Assembly: GCA_051294375.1 (NCBI GenBank)
Contig: CM119268.1
Coordinates: 13,961,037-14,025,036, forward strand
Direction: 5' to 3'
Origin: Paraspadella gotoi
Taxonomy: Eukaryota; Animalia; Chaetognatha
DNA length: 64,000 nucleotides
This document shows, piece by piece, positions 1 through 14,408 of the stretch; within the stretch, counting starts at the first letter, position 1, and every line of letters begins with the position of its first letter. Both the position numbers and the translations under genes were made by a program. The notes beneath the pieces were generated by a model, which ran no database searches, was not told where the DNA came from, and saw nothing but the letters and a program-made list of their open reading frames with translations.

Positions 1-1
1 T

Positions 2-49
2 CATTGGGCATTGGGCATTGGGCATTGGGCATTTGGCATTGGGCAATGG
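2..49. repeat. 7-bp tandem repeat (cattggg)n
   Basis: About 7 copies at the window start. Confidence 0.9.
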
Positions 50-343
50 ATTTTAGTAAAAGTTTTTTAAACAATTAATTGAAAACAAAAAGTAAGGAAA
101 CGAACGAAAAGGAAGGAAAGGAAGAAAGGAAAAGGAGTTTGCCGAAAGAAAAGGTCGTAAACGTCGAGAGAAAAGGTGAAACGCAAAAGAGATTTTTGAG
201 GCTCACAACTTTGAAAAACCTCTAAAACGGTTTTTCACCTAAATCGCCGTTTGACGAGCTCAGACCTAAACCTCGCTATTGTTTGTGAGAAAAATACTGG
301 AAAAAAAATACTGAAAAATAAAAAATAATTCCTTTTTCTTTCT

Positions 344-374
<31 letters not shown>

Positions 375-1075
375 TCTCTCTGTTCGTCATTCATTCTCTC
401 GTTCTCTCTCTCCTCTCTACCGTCGCTCTCATATTGTCCTGACCCCACGCTTCTTCCCCATCTCTCTTCTCTCTCATCGTTCCTCTCTCTCTCCCTCTCT
501 CTCTTACTCTCTCTTATAATCTTCCTTTTTATTTTTTTTTTTGAAGGAATAACGCGCGCGATTCTTTCCAATCATGTTCTCGAAAAACCTCATCCGAAGA
601 GACACTCTCGAAAAATGGAATTTTTTTTTTATTTTCGAGATATTTTTTTCTTTTCCTCAACATGAAATGGTGTCTGTTCAAGATGGCGACGAAGCTTTTC
701 CCTTTTCAGTAAATAATATAAAATACTATATTTTTTAAGGACACGAAATTCCATTTTCTTTCTGAGGCAAAAACTAATTTTTAAAAGTTTTTGTATGAAA
801 AAATAAAAAAATGTGGCATTTGTGGTTGAACCGGATATGAAAACCGGTATTTGATCAAAGTCGATATATATTTTCCAAGTTTGCAATAACAGCCATTTTC
901 ATTTTATGAGTTTTTTTTCTCTTTAATTTGGCAAACATATTGGAAAAGCTTGTGTATGTGAATCGAAGAAAAATTGGTTTTTCAGTTTCTCTCGCCCGTC
1001 ATTTCCTTTCTTCTCTCTTTCTTCTTCATCTCCCCCTCCCCTTCCGTTTTTCTCCCGCGGGACCGATCCCGATTC

Positions 1076-1134
<59 letters not shown>

Positions 1135-1424
1135 GTTTCCCTTTCTTCTCTTCGCTTCAAGTCTCAACGTCTAGTTTTGTAACTCTTACTCCTTGTTACA
1201 AAGTTACTGGACGTCGCGAAGTTTTTATCTAAATTTCAAAATATCACGCGAATGAGAGAATGGAGGAAGGGGGGAAGGAAGGGAGAAAGGAAAAGAGAAT
1301 AAAGGAGGAAGTAAAAGGAGAAAAGAAAAGATAAAAGGAGTAAGAGAAAGAAGCAAAAGAAAAAAGAAAAACGTTTCTTTGGGTTTCTCTCCCGAGGGAT
1401 TTACTAGGCGGCGTCGTCTCTAGC

Positions 1425-1488
<64 letters not shown>

Positions 1489-3799
1489 TGTTTGATCTTT
1501 TTGACTTAGTCAACATTAAGCAAAGTTATCCATTAAGTAATTATGGAGCGAGTACAAAATGGCGTCCGTCGAAGAACGCTTCAACATCAGATTTTGAAAA
1601 CCTCCCAATAACAATAACCGTTGCTTTTATTTTTAAAGAATTCCCATCGGCATCGCTCTCCTGGTAGCGCGCGAAAGAAAATTAATTGGATGGCGGAGAA
1701 CAAAAACCTTAAAAAATTTAATGAGGAAACGGCCATTAGTTATTCATGGGATATCGTAGGATATCCAATTTTTGTTTTTCTACTTTATGTATATACTCTC
1801 TTTTCGTTGTTTTTGAGGTATTAGGAGAAAAACAGTTTTTGTTTAACAACGATTTATTTGACTACTTAAAAAAATACCACATTTCTTTAGATTTTTATAT
1901 ATTTTTTACAAAACTGGGAAAAAATATTTCAAGAGACGCTTTGCCAATATTTCGCCAACTCAGCAAATACGAGCTAATTCTAAATGGATTATCCAATCAA
2001 GAAGGACCGGTCGATGCGCGTCGCGACAAAACTTCCCCAGTTCGCCCACCCCCCTCCCCCCTCTATCTTCCACCGACGCCCCCGCTAGGAGGCTTAATCA
2101 AATTTTAAAAGTGTATCACAACAGATATTCCACCTCGAGACTTCATGCATATTTCGCAAAGGACGCCAACCACCAGCCACCCCGCCACCGACGAGAACAG
2201 CGCAAACATTTCGTACCTTCGAGGATAAATAAGCTGCCATTATCCATTATGCCGAACCTTCCCGAATCGACCTTACTACCTTGAACCCATTTTCTTCGCA
2301 TCTTTCCCCCCCCCCTTCGATCCATAACAAACTTCTCGACTAAGGCGGGTCTTTTTCCCTTAACGCTCTCTCTCGCCCCTTCTCTCTTGCCCCTTCCCCC
2401 CACGAGGCCCTAATTACTTTTCCATTCAACTCGCCTCCAAATTCCCTCATTGCCTTCGCGACTCGAGAAATGAACTCATTTAGTCCCGACGATCCCGAGT
2501 TACCGACTTTTTTTTGGTTAAAATGAAAAAGGACCTATTTTGTCCTCAAACGTCATCCTTTTGTTTGTTCTGGTGGTTAACTATTATTGTTGTTGATTTA
2601 ACAAAAACGTATCTTTGAGCTTTTATTGGATTTCGAACCGAAGTTTGGACTAAGAACGCGGAAGGAAATTCAATGAGATATTTTTCAGCTTCTCTTTTCA
2701 GTTTTCTTATTCTGTTTTCTGTTTATGTATATATGCTTTTTTATTTTGCCCTATTTACGAACGCTTTTTCAGTTCCCTCTCGGAAATGGCGATTTCTCGA
2801 AGGAGCAAAGGTTCTCTTTACCATTAAGGAAAATGACATTTCCTCGAGAGAGGTGAAATTCTATTAGCCAGAGTAGCATCTCCTCAAGAGAAGGAACTCT
2901 TCCTTTTTTCCAAGTGTTTTCAACCGAAGTGGCTGTTACTCTCCGCTTTTAACCGGAGTGGATGCTCCTCAAAACATCTGAAGCTTGGAATTTAACTTTA
3001 AGCGACGATGAAATTTTGATCTGAAGCGAAGTTCGAATTATCTATATGAATATGTATCACGATATGAGTATGTTTAGAGAAAAGGCATACGAGAAAACAC
3101 TGGAATTTCTTGGTTTAGTTCTTAGAGAAACGTAGTTTTTTTCAACGACGTTTTTATAAGCACTTTTTCCTGAGCTAAGAGAAACAGGGCTTAAATGTAA
3201 AAAAAAGGAAGATAAATGATAAGTAGATTACAAAGAAAAGAAAATTTGTAAAAAAAAATGAAATTTGAAGAGGAGAGAGATGCTGAAAGCGAAAAATCAA
3301 ACTGCGGGAGAGAGAATTGAATTGAATTGAATGAACACGTACATGACCCTGGACAGCAACTAGTACGTCTAAGAGGTTCTTTTTGTTTTTTGTTTTTAAA
3401 ATTACATGATCTCTGTAAAGTCGTTACGGAATGTCACTTAAAGGCGGTCATTCACTTAAATTCTCTGTTCATTTGTTTTCCAACGTTTTTCAATCGTTTC
3501 AATCAGCTAACATGAGATTACAATTTGGATTTAAGTTTACATTAATCAATGTTAGAAACCTATTTAACAATGTCGGGTTGATTTGCAAAAATAGAGACAT
3601 TTTTTTTTTTTTGTTTGTTTTGTTTTTTTTTTTTTTTTTTGCGGTTTTTTGTTTTTTTGTTTTTTTTTTTTTTTTTTAAAGCATACATTTTTGAAAATTC
3701 AAATAGATTAGGCTACATATAAATTTCTTAAATTGTAAGAAAACAGTAGAATAACACAATATCACAGGATTAATTGTGAGATTACTATGATTTCTTTCT

Positions 3800-6720
3800 A
3801 AAACAATCATGCAAGGTTTCCAAAATCCGAAGTTTTGTGGGAAACGATTTTCCAATGGAGAAACGTGGGATTTTTGGTGCTTCTTCTTCATCAGTTATCT
3901 TCCTAATTATGTTCATCAAACAGGTTCATTTTTTCCATGCATATGTTATAGGACCCTTTTCCGTGCTAAGTTTGAAAAGAGTTTCTGATAGAGTTGGATT
4001 GTGTTGCTTGCATCAAGAACCAGTCGATTAGCAGTAATGGATTGGTAGATCTAGGAATATTCTCATTGCTTGGATATGGGTTTGTCTACTTTTCCATTGA
4101 TGTTTTGTCATGTTTAATCCAAGCATGCTTGGAATATTGGAAAGATTGACACTGTGGAGAGATTTTGTACACAGTCATTACAATGTTGTGATTTTTGTCA
4201 CTTAGGTTCTTTGCCAGTTTCGAATCATTATGATTTTTGACCAAGCTTAGAGATAAGTGAAATCGATGTAGTTGCTTCCAGCTTAGTTTTTCATCCATGT
4301 TCAACACCAAGGAATTTCAGGGCTGGTTTCCTGATCGTCTAATCATCACCCGATTTTGAGTTTCCATAAAGATTCGTATAGTGGTTTTGGCATCTACTGG
4401 AACAAAGTGGTTATTGATTACCCTGTGATAAATGTCATTGCCATTCACTTACCCATTTCGAATTTTTTGTCTAGGATTGGTTGAAGCTTTTTGGCTGCAT
4501 TTTTTGCCGATTTACCGCTTGCCCATACTGTTGTATCATCTGCATATTTTGCACTCCTTACATTTTTTCATGGGAATGCAGGCAGGTCTTTCAACGTAGA
4601 GAACAAAAAAGGTCTGCGGCTCAAGATACCACCTTGTGGTGCACCTTTCCGAGCCAACTTTAGTTTCAGATTTCAATTCATCCTCAATGACGTTCATCAT
4701 TCCCCATTTCAGATAAGAATAAACCATTTTTATAATGTCTTCTGGGAAAACCTTTTTTTATCATTTTAATAATCAAAGCCCCTCATTCCACATCGAATTG
4801 AAGGCCACTGAAAAGTCAAGAGCCACGCTATGGTGCAATGTCTTTCTTTTAAAGCGTAGTGAATTGTCTTCAGTCATGCGCAGGATATTTTCCTGTGACG
4901 ATCTCCCTTTGCTTATACGCTGACTGAAGATTGCTCATTGCTCCCGTTCTCTCTACACACCTTAGGAATTTTATTTTTGACATATCTTTTCCAAATTTTT
5001 CCCACCGACTTGATATTAAGGCTTTTTTATCGGTCTATAACTTTTAGGATCCTCTTGCGTCTTTGCCTTGGTTTTAAAAGCATTCTTAAGTTTAGGAATG
5101 GTTTCAACAATCGGGGATAGTGAACAGGTTCGAAGACACATATGCATTAAATATCACAGAGTATAACTAAAGGGCAAATATCAGGCAGTATTTTTAGAAG
5201 ATGAGGAGTTATGCCGTCTTTTTCCTGGAGCCGATTTCATTTTCAGGGTCTTGATTTATTTCCTCATACTTCTCAGATTACAAAACTTCGTCCATGTCAG
5301 AGAATTTTGTTTTTCCGGTTGAAGATTGAAAACCTCTGGTTTAGATTTTTCTCATTCTATTTATTTCATTAAAAATCTTTTCATTTGTTTTTATTCAATG
5401 TGGAGCTTGGTGGACCTTCTCCATCCTATTTGCCAGTATTTTTTCTAAATTTTCTTTTTCCCTTTAGAGACATTTTTCCGTTTCATCCTGGTGTAGTAAG
5501 CCAGTGAGCTTATCATTTGTTTTTTTATTGCCCGGGTAAATTTCATTTATTATTTTCCACTTTTTGCACTTTTATTCCTTCATCACATAGTTTATGACTA
5601 TTTTTTATTTCACTGTTGAGACATCCACTTTTGATAGATCTTTTTAACTTCCCTTACATAAATAATTATATTCTTTTTCGCCATTTATCATATTCAGTGT
5701 GGATAAGGTCATCCTTCTTTTCTTTTGCCATTTTCCGTCTTTTTCTGTATCAATCAGTAGTTTTCTTTACTTAACTCATTTGTTCCGCTGTTCCTTCTGC
5801 ATTTCCTTTGTGACAGTACTTTCTTTTTCAGCAGTCTTTATCACTTTTGTCCACTCTTATTTTTAGTGTCAATATGCATATGTCGAATGATCCAAGATTA
5901 AGTCCTTTCATATTTTCTTCAACCTGACAACATTAATTTTTCTTTATCAAAAAACGTTTTTAAATTTTTTACTTTTGAATTTTTGTTTGATGTTTAAGGT
6001 TGGTTAGTGTTGGTAAGTGATCGCTGCGACATCTTCTAAGACTCATAGCTCTTCAATACTGTTCATTAGGTGGGAATCACTTGAAGTGAAGTCCCAGCAC
6101 ATTTCCAGCGCCGTTATTTTTGCTATATATGTTGGATTCGTCAGAAATGGAGCTCTTGTAGAGTGAACTTAGAAGTTAAATTTAACCAAATGTTCCCACA
6201 TATTATTTGGTAGTCCGACTTCCCAACAACATGCTTGGGTGAGTTAAGATCACCTGTGTGAGTTATTTTGGTGATAGTCCTTTTGTACTTATTGATTGCA
6301 GTTTTCCATGAGAGTTTCTTGGGAAACATGTGACCCGGCGTGATTGTATATAGTTGCTAAAGAACTATTCTTTGCCTGTCTTTCAACATTATTTCTAATA
6401 TTAGAGACTCATTAATTTCTTTTGAATAATTTTGACAACGCTATCTTTCAGGACCCCAATACAGACTCCACTAGCAACACTAGTGATTTGTTGATTTGTT
6501 GCTTATTATAAACTATTATAATTTTTGAAAAACCCATATGTTCTGCTTTCACCATTCTTATGTCATTTTAAAAACAAGGAAGTAATACATTTTTGTTGAT
6601 AAAGAGCAGATAATTTTGTTTTAATTCTAACAACCGCTCTGGTCGCCATTAGTGTTAATTTGCAATATTTGCACTTCCTTTTACTATATTACCATCTTGT
6701 TTATTGGCCATTTTCTGTCA
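3800..6720 (-). pseudogene. LINE ORF2 (apurinic endonuclease + reverse transcriptase), disrupted
   Basis: GDLN and SDHLP endonuclease motifs and PQG/YADD RT motifs are spread over different frames. Confidence 0.85.
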
Positions 6721-7363
6721 GAGGTTGAAGCTTGTTTTCACTTTCCCCATCTTTGTTCCGCGCGTTCTCCCCAGCCATAACGAGCCTCCATTTTCCGAAA
6801 CCTCCACTTTGGCTTTTTTCTTTTGTTGTAGAGAATCTTGGGATTGCATAAGGATCTGATGATCCCCGTTTTGTGCACAGAACTATATTCTGGTTAGATC
6901 ACGAACGACGAACTGTCAGCCCAATTTCTCTGGAAATTTTGTGAGAGTCTAGAGCCTGGGGTAGAGGTGGAGGTTTCTAGAAAGAGGACCTCGTTCCTTT
7001 GTATTGCCTGATGGTTATAGGAGCCTCTGTTGATTTGTCATTTGAATTTTACTGATGATTCTGTTGGTGTTTTTGTAGTAACATGGCGGCCATCTTTTCG
7101 AAAAAGACTGTTGACAACTTGCATGAGGATTGGATGATTTAATTCTGCAAGATCTTTTTATTTTGTTTATTAGGTGTGATTCAAAAAGCTTCAACTTTAT
7201 TATTTGCTTTGTGCCATGGACCACAATTTTGTTTCATTAGCTCTGAGGATTCAATGCTTTTCCATCTCTTTAATTCTGCTGCACAAGATGAATGCGAAAC
7301 GAGTTTGATGTTTTTTCTTGTGATCTTAATTTCGTTCTGTGGATTCACCAGAGCGCTACTGCA

Positions 7364-8200
7364 TTAGCTTGTTAGGTCTATTTGCTGTTTTTGGAATCGT
7401 AGTTTGACTTTGATTTTTCCGCAATTTCTTTGGTTGCGGGCAATTCTTTTAATGAATTCCGGACAAGATTTTGACGTTAGCTGGCATGCTTTGCCCAAAG
7501 CAGTTTGCGCATTGAATACTCTCTTTTTTACATACCGATGACTATGTTTCCCACCACATCGCAGACAGGTGCTTTCGGTAGCTGGGAGCACGTTCTGTCC
7601 CATGTCCATACTTTTGCCAACGGAAAGCACTGCAAGTATTCCCCTATCGTCATAGTCTATTACCTTGTGGACTTTGAAATACGCTCTAAATCCGTTCTTT
7701 TTTAGAGTTGAAGCATGTTCTTGACTGTTCACAACCAATTTTTTACATTCCAAGGTCTTGCTACGCTTGACGTAGAAAGCATTCGTTTGAATAAAAACCG
7801 GTTGGGATACCGAGTTGTTCAAGTTCATCTTTAAACATCTTCCTCTTGAACTGATGCATCCAAGACCCCATTAATTATTAAGTAGTTTAGAACGGAGTTG
7901 TTACTTGTAAGCCTGGGAGTGATGCAGCTTGGCGATTGTTCCAATTTTCTTTTTTCATAACTGAATTGAAATCAGCCTCCGACTCAACAGTCAAAAGTAT
8001 GTCACCTCTTTTCATCACCTTACTTTCTTTGATGTTAGCAGAACCCTTGAAGTTCATTTTTATGAATCTCGAGAGTAGAGGTCGAGAATTTTATTGTCGT
8101 CGCCACAGTTAGCAACTAGAATCACAGCACGATCGTTTACGAATCCCTTCTTTTCGAGGCTTTGCTGAGCTTTCTGAGCATGTTGTAGCATTCATATATG
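7364..8200 (-). pseudogene. LINE ORF1 (gag-like, triple CCHC zinc knuckle), disrupted
   Basis: ORF 7364..7828 contains TCLRCGGKH and SKSCPEF; neighbouring frames supply the other knuckles. Several frameshifts; upper boundary approximate. Confidence 0.8.
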
Positions 8201-9651
8201 GGTGGGTTTGGATTGATTGGAGTTGAGGCCCGACAGCCAGCAGCTCCGTTTAAGTCGAATCTTGCGCGATTTAGGCTCGCTCATTTCTACATTGTTAGTT
8301 CAAGTTTTCGCTTAATGACACGAGATTGAACTTGGCAGGTAACAATAACTCCGTTTCATTAGAAATTATGTTTCAGAAGTTTGTTGTGATTTCAGATCTG
8401 TAATTTCTTGCATAAACACATTAGGTCTTTTTCGAGATAAAGTTTTTACACTTTCAATTGCTTTTTTTAAGTTCTTCAGATTTTGAAATGGCAGTTGAGT
8501 TTATTGTTTTCTCACCATTCCCTTGTTTTTTTTACCGTGCCCCGACTTTGGCAGGCATAATGCTTGATCCGACCCCTTTCACAGAGGGGAGAGTCCCGAG
8601 AATTTAATTTTTCTTTGTCTTTTTCTTTCGGTTTGTTTATTTAGATCGATTTGTTGTTGTAAATTGTATGGTTTATTTGAGATTTGTTTATTTGGGTGAG
8701 GGCTTTTGCCATTAGACGTGAGCCGTCGTTAATTTTTCTTTATCAGGTTTATTTTTGTGTAGAAAAAAAAGTCACAGAAATTCAAGAGCAAACGTCCGTT
8801 ACCTTCGATCGTTCGAAAAGAAGAGAGAGAGAGAGAGAGAGAGAGAAGAGAGAGAGAGAAGAGAGGAGAAGAGAGAGAGAGAGAGGCGTCGTCGGCACTC
8901 CGCTCGTTTATTTTTCGGGTTATGAAGCAGCGCTTTTTTTTTGTTTTTTTTTTTTTGGAGAGATCCAAGAAAATGGATCGAGCGATTTGAGGAGGAAGAG
9001 GAGGAAGAGAAGGAGGAGGAGGAAGAAAAGGAGGAAAGATAACGAAGGGACGAAAGACGATGATGGAGAAAGTGTTTGTGTTTGCAAAAGGAAATTAATA
9101 AAAAATAAATAATAAAGTAGCTTCTGTGGTCGCGAGTGGGTGGGGCCATTGAGCGCGAGGGAGACGAGGAGTAGAGAGAGAGAGAGAGACGAGAGAGGAG
9201 AAGAGACGAGAGAGAGAGAGACGCGGAGAGAGAGAGAGTAGAGAAGAGTTTAGGGACCCACCAGTGGGCGTGTCCGGAATGGGAGGATGAGGGAGCAGAG
9301 ATCCCAATCGGGCGGGGCTCGGGAAGACGTCATCTTTTCCGCGCGGAGCATCAAAGATTTCACGGCGGCGGAGATGGTTATGATTGCGGCGGCGGCAGCG
9401 GCAGCGGCGGCGGCGGCGGCGGCGATTATAAGAGAATCAACACTAATTACGGAAATTCAAGGCCGAAGCGAATGAGGACGACAACAACAACAGACGACAA
9501 CAACGACAAAGACGATCAAAAGATGTAGAAGATGATGAAGGCGATGATGACTTTCATGAGGGATGATAGGGGAAAAAAACCGTGAAGCTCAGTGAATCAA
9601 AAAATGAAGAAAAACCATTGACTTTTTCGTGAGGGGAAACGAGAGACAGAG

Positions 9652-9760
<109 letters not shown>

Positions 9761-10089
9761 ATCTCGATGATTTCCACGTGATGAGTTCCAAGGATTCAAA
9801 GATTTTAGGGTCTGCGAGAGGGAGGGGAGGAAGAGGAGGGGAGGAAGAGGGGGAGGAGACGGAGAAGAAAACGAAGGGGGGTAGTTTGCTCAGAGTCTGA
9901 GGAGTCATCATCGCCGATAAGTTTTTGCCTCCCACTTAGATACACTAATGTATGCATAAAACGATGTTATCGCCCTTGAAAGGCCCACGCCCTTTAAGGA
10001 CGAGGATCGCCCAACGGTTTTCGATAGGGACAAGGAAGAGCGAAGGCGGACAAAGGTTGAAACAAAGAGATGGCGATATAATGACGAAT

Positions 10090-10160
<71 letters not shown>

Positions 10161-11339
10161 GGAGGAGAGAGAGAGAGAGAGAGAGAGAATTTCTGTCGGA
10201 ATCCATGGAAAAGAAAAATCGTCGAAGAGGAAACAAAAAAAAATGAGAAACACAGAAAAAAAAAAACTTCAAAAACAAAAAGAATAAGATTCTTTGCAAA
10301 AAAGATTAAAGACTGAAGACTAATGAAAAAAGGAAAGACTAAAAGAAAAAAAATCCCGTCAAGATGAAGGGAAAGCGCGGGAAAATTTAAACGCGGTTTT
10401 TCGTTTTTAATGAGAAACCCAAGAAAATTGGTTCTAGAAAAAAAGAAAGAGAGAAAATTAAGGAAGGAAAAAGAGGAATCGTCCTTTGATTCCGGAGGAA
10501 GGAGAAAGAAAATGGGATAAAAATAACCGTTGGAATGGAAAGCGGTGATTGGCGGAAGAGGAGGAGGAGGAAGAGGAGGAAGAAGAGGAGGAGGAAGTGA
10601 AGGGAAATAGGCACCGCGGGCGATCCACTTTGAGATGAGTGTGAAAAGTCAATAACGAAATGTCTCGAGGATTTGAATTGAGAAAATAGTTTTTTAACTA
10701 GAAAAGGTGAGAAAGAAGAATCACAGTCTGACAGAAAAAAAAGGAAAGAAAAATGACGAAATGATTTTTTTTTAGTTTTTTCTAATATACATTGGATACT
10801 GAATTTTATCACTAAACGCGTTATCAAATTATTTATATGTCTATCGTAATAACAACGAGCTTGGTTTACCTCTGGGCTAAAAGAGCTAGCTGCCTCCCCG
10901 TGACGCTTTTATGGAGGAGGAAGTTATATTCGCTTTTGAGTTGAGTAACGAGCGACATACGAAGTCTTTTCTCCAGCGCAATTGAGTTCATTCCAGCCTT
11001 TGAGAGATGACTTTTCGCGCCATTGTTCTTTGCGCGGGAAAATATGAAAAGTTGAAATCTTGAATGAAGTCACGTGACATAAATGAGGACGCGAAAGAAA
11101 AGAAAAGGAGGCACGGCGTTAAGGAATGAAAGAAAAGGGGGAAAACTCATTGGGCAAAGAAGACGAGGGTTCGCAGTAAACTTAAGAGGGGGGGGAAATA
11201 AAGAAAAGAAAGGCGAGCCGGAAGAAGTTTCAAAAAAAAGGAGGAAAAAATTAGGAAAGCAAAAGAGAAAAAGAAGGAATTAGAAAAGGAGTGAAAAAAC
11301 AGAAGCGAAAAAAAAAGGAAAAAAAGAAGAAAGGAAAAA

Positions 11340-11820
11340 AAGGCGGAGGGAAAGACTCCAACTTCTAAAGAGAGACGTAAAACCTATGAAAAGCGCATTT
11401 TCATACTTTAGTCAAGAAAAAGGCGAAAACAGAAAGGAAGAGCGGGGGAAATGGTTGAGAAAAGAGAGGTCGAAGAGAAGAGAAGAGAAGAGAAGAGAAG
11501 AGAAGAGAAGAAAAAAGAAGAGAAGAAAAGAAAAGAAAGAAAAGAAAAGAAAAGAAAAGAAGAGAGGAAGATTAATTAAAAAAAAGGAAAAAAAGAAGGA
11601 AAGGAAAAAAAAGGAAAGGAAAAATAAGGCGGGACGAAAGACTCCAACTTCTAAAGAGAGACGTAAAACCTATGAAAAGCGCATTTTCTACTTTAGTCAA
11701 GAAAAAGGCGAAAACAGAAAGGAAGAGCGGGGGAAATGGATGAGAAAAGAGAGGTCGAAGAGAAGAGAAGAGAAGAAAAGAAAAGAAAAGAAAAGAATAA
11801 AGGAAGATTAATTTAAAAAA
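11340..11820. repeat. Local direct duplication, period about 287 bp
   Basis: gaaagactccaacttctaaagagagacgtaaaacctatgaaaagcgcattttc...gagaggtcgaagagaag is nearly identical at about 11350-11480 and 11636-11765. Confidence 0.92.
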
Positions 11821-12534
11821 TTAACCGAGAATAACTGCAGAAAATGTTTTACTATTTTCTATGCTTCTTGGGTCGCGCGTTCGAGGCGTCGCCCGTCCGA
11901 AAAGTACGACGCGAATTTTGATTAATTACTTTGGTTAAATTTTCATTAATTAAACCCGTATAAACTTTAATTCAAACGAGACATTTCGGTAAACGAGACT
12001 AAAAATTAAGATGACCTTAAAATGGCGGCTAAATCACGATTGATCCCTAATTGTTGAATTTTATGAAATTATCTTTTTATTTTTAGTGCTATTAGTGCAA
12101 TTAGTCTTAAATGTCAAATTGTTTCTTTTATCGTTTTATCGTTTTATCTTTTTATCGTTTTAACTGTCAAATTGTTTCTTTTATTTCAGAAAATAAAATA
12201 CAGAAAGTGGTCAAATTCATCAATAACAAAGAAAAATAAAGAAATAGTGTGAAGCCGAGAAGGTTTTGATAAAGCCCAAAGTAACGGTAAAAACTGTGAC
12301 TTAAAATATAAAAAAAAGCATTGATTCCATTTTCACCCAGACAAGAAACTTGTAGAACTAAAAAAGGAAACGGGGGGGGGAAAGTTAATACCTACGTAAC
12401 AAAATTGGAAACATTTTTTTTTTTTAAATTCAGAGGGAAGGAGAGAGTGACGAGGAGATAGAGAGAGGGAGAGGAGGACGAACGACCCGAGTCGAACTAT
12501 GACTCTGGGAGACAGAGAAGAAAATGAAGACGAG

Positions 12535-12614
<80 letters not shown>

Positions 12615-12744
12615 AGAGAATCAACAACAAAAGTTTGAGGTGGAAGATTGATGCGCCGCGAGAGTTTGAAAGGGTGGCAGCGAAGGAAATAGGTGAGAGA
12701 AGAGAAAACAGAAAAAAGAGGAAATTAGTGAGAGAAGAAAAAAG

Positions 12745-13010
12745 GAGGGAAGGATGAAGGAAGGAGGAAGGAAGGAAGGAAGGAAGGAAAGGAAGGAAGG
12801 AAGGAAGGAAGGAGGAAGGAAAAAAGGAAAGAAGGAAGAAGGAAGGAGGAAGAAGGAAGGAAGGAAGGAAGGAAGGAGGAAGGAAGAAAGGAAGGAAGGA
12901 AGGAAGGAAGGAAGGAGGAAGGAAGAAGAAGAAAGAAGGAAGGAAGGAGAGAAAGATGGAAGGAAGGAAAGATGGAAGGAAGGAAAAATGAAAAAAGAAG
13001 GAAGGAAGGT
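12745..13010. repeat. (GAAG)n imperfect microsatellite
   Basis: Direct reading. Confidence 0.95.
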
Positions 13011-13648
13011 CGGGTAGGTCCGACTCCAACTGACGGTAAATAAAACGAGGTGATGTGGAGAAAAAGAAAAATATGTACATACTGGTAAGCGATTAAATCG
13101 GCGAAAGAAAAAAGCCAAAATATAACTGAACGGGAGAAGTCTGGAGAGAGGGAAAGAGAGAAAGAGCGAGAATGAACAACCGAAACCCTGGACTCAACCC
13201 TAGATCCCCGGGAGGAGGAGGAGGAGGAGGAGGATGAGGAAGAGAATGAAGAGGAAGTGGTTCCTGCTGGCGAAAGGCCTATAGGTTCTTTCTGACGGAA
13301 AATAAGAATGAAGATAGCAGAGAAGTGAGGAAGGTAAGTCGGAAGAAAAAAAGTAAAGAAGGAAGGAAAGAAAGAAATAACAAACAAGGGAAAGAGGGAA
13401 GGAAAGAATTTAAAGAATAAAAAAGGAAAAAAAACGATTTTGGAAAATATGGAAGGAAAAAGAAAGAATGAAAGAAAGAAGGAAGGAAGTCTGAAGTAAA
13501 GGGGAAAAAATGAAGCGTGAAGGAAAGAGATGCGAAGAAAAGAAATAAATAATGACAACAACGGGAAAGCCCATCGAGTCTAAGCGACGAGAGGAAAGGA
13601 AATTACGGTTTTCGACGAAGAAAATATTGGAAGGAGTAAAATAAGCGC

Positions 13649-13880
13649 GGGAAGCAAAACAAGTAACAAGAATAATACAAGCTTAGGGAAGCAAAACAAG
13701 TAATATGAATAATACAAGCTTAGGGAAGCAGAACAAGTAATATGAATAATACAAGCTGAGGGAAGAAAAACAAGTAACAAGAATAATACAATCTTCGGGA
13801 AGTAAAACAAGTAACATGAATAATACAAGCTTCGGGAAGTGAAACAAGTAAAGAGAAACAAGTAAAGGGAAGCCAAGGCT
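13649..13880. repeat. Minisatellite, 37-bp unit, about 6 copies
   Basis: gggaagcaaaacaagtaa(c/t)a(a/t)gaataatacaagctta starts at 13649, 13686, 13723, 13760, 13797, 13834. Confidence 0.95.
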
Positions 13881-14254
13881 TGTAAGTAAAGAAAGATAAA
13901 ACATCTACCTATATTTGGAAGGACTTTTGCCTACTTTCCAGCCATGAAAAGAGCGAATTGAGCATTAAATATGACTGAAGATTTATCAGAAAAGCCGAAT
14001 CGGATATTCCAAACCGGATAACCCTAACCCCATTCTTGTGAGCTTTCTTGAAAAAGCGCCACACCCAAAAGCTACTTTCGTGGTCTAAAAAACCACTAAA
14101 CTACATTCGATAGCGTCATGTTTTTTTTTCTGTTCAAACTTGTTCCGGCCGGGTCGCTGGGCGAAGGCGACGGATGGCGACTCGCGTCTTATTTCTTGAT
14201 GACGATGGCGGTGGTGACCATTTTCGTAGTGCTCATCCTTCCCGCCTTGTGAAT

Positions 14255-14408
14255 CGTCAGGCGATGATGGGTGAGTGAGTGGTGAGTGGCGTCAGGCGAT
14301 GATGGGTTAGTGAGTGGTGAGTCGCGTTAGGCGATGATGGGGGAGTGAGTGGTGAGTGGCGTCAGGCGATGATGGGTGAGTGAGTGGTGAGTGGCGTCAG
14401 GCGATGAT
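14255..14408. repeat. Minisatellite, 35-bp unit, about 4.3 copies
   Basis: gtcaggcgatgatgggtgagtgagtggtgagtggc starts at 14256, 14291, 14326, 14361, 14396. Confidence 0.95.

Larger units (their letters stand above)
3600..8690 (-). mobile_element. Frameshifted non-LTR retrotransposon (LINE, APE-RT type, I/Jockey-like group), near full length; 5' boundary approximate
   Basis: Minus-strand motifs in canonical order: ORF1 zinc knuckles (QCF..QKYGH, CLRCGGKH, QCANCFG..SKSCPEF, about 7450-7640); APE (GDLNS about 6240, SDHLP 6011-6025); RT (SAPG.DGITP about 5205-5240, GAPQGGILS 4619-4645, YADD 4535-4546, MDEKLSWKQ about 4280); A-rich tail = T-tract 3600-3677. Confidence 0.9.

Noticed and set aside
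13649-14408. 37-bp and 35-bp repeats of CRISPR-repeat size
   Set aside because: Units are head-to-tail with no unique spacers, there are no cas genes, and the DNA is eukaryotic.
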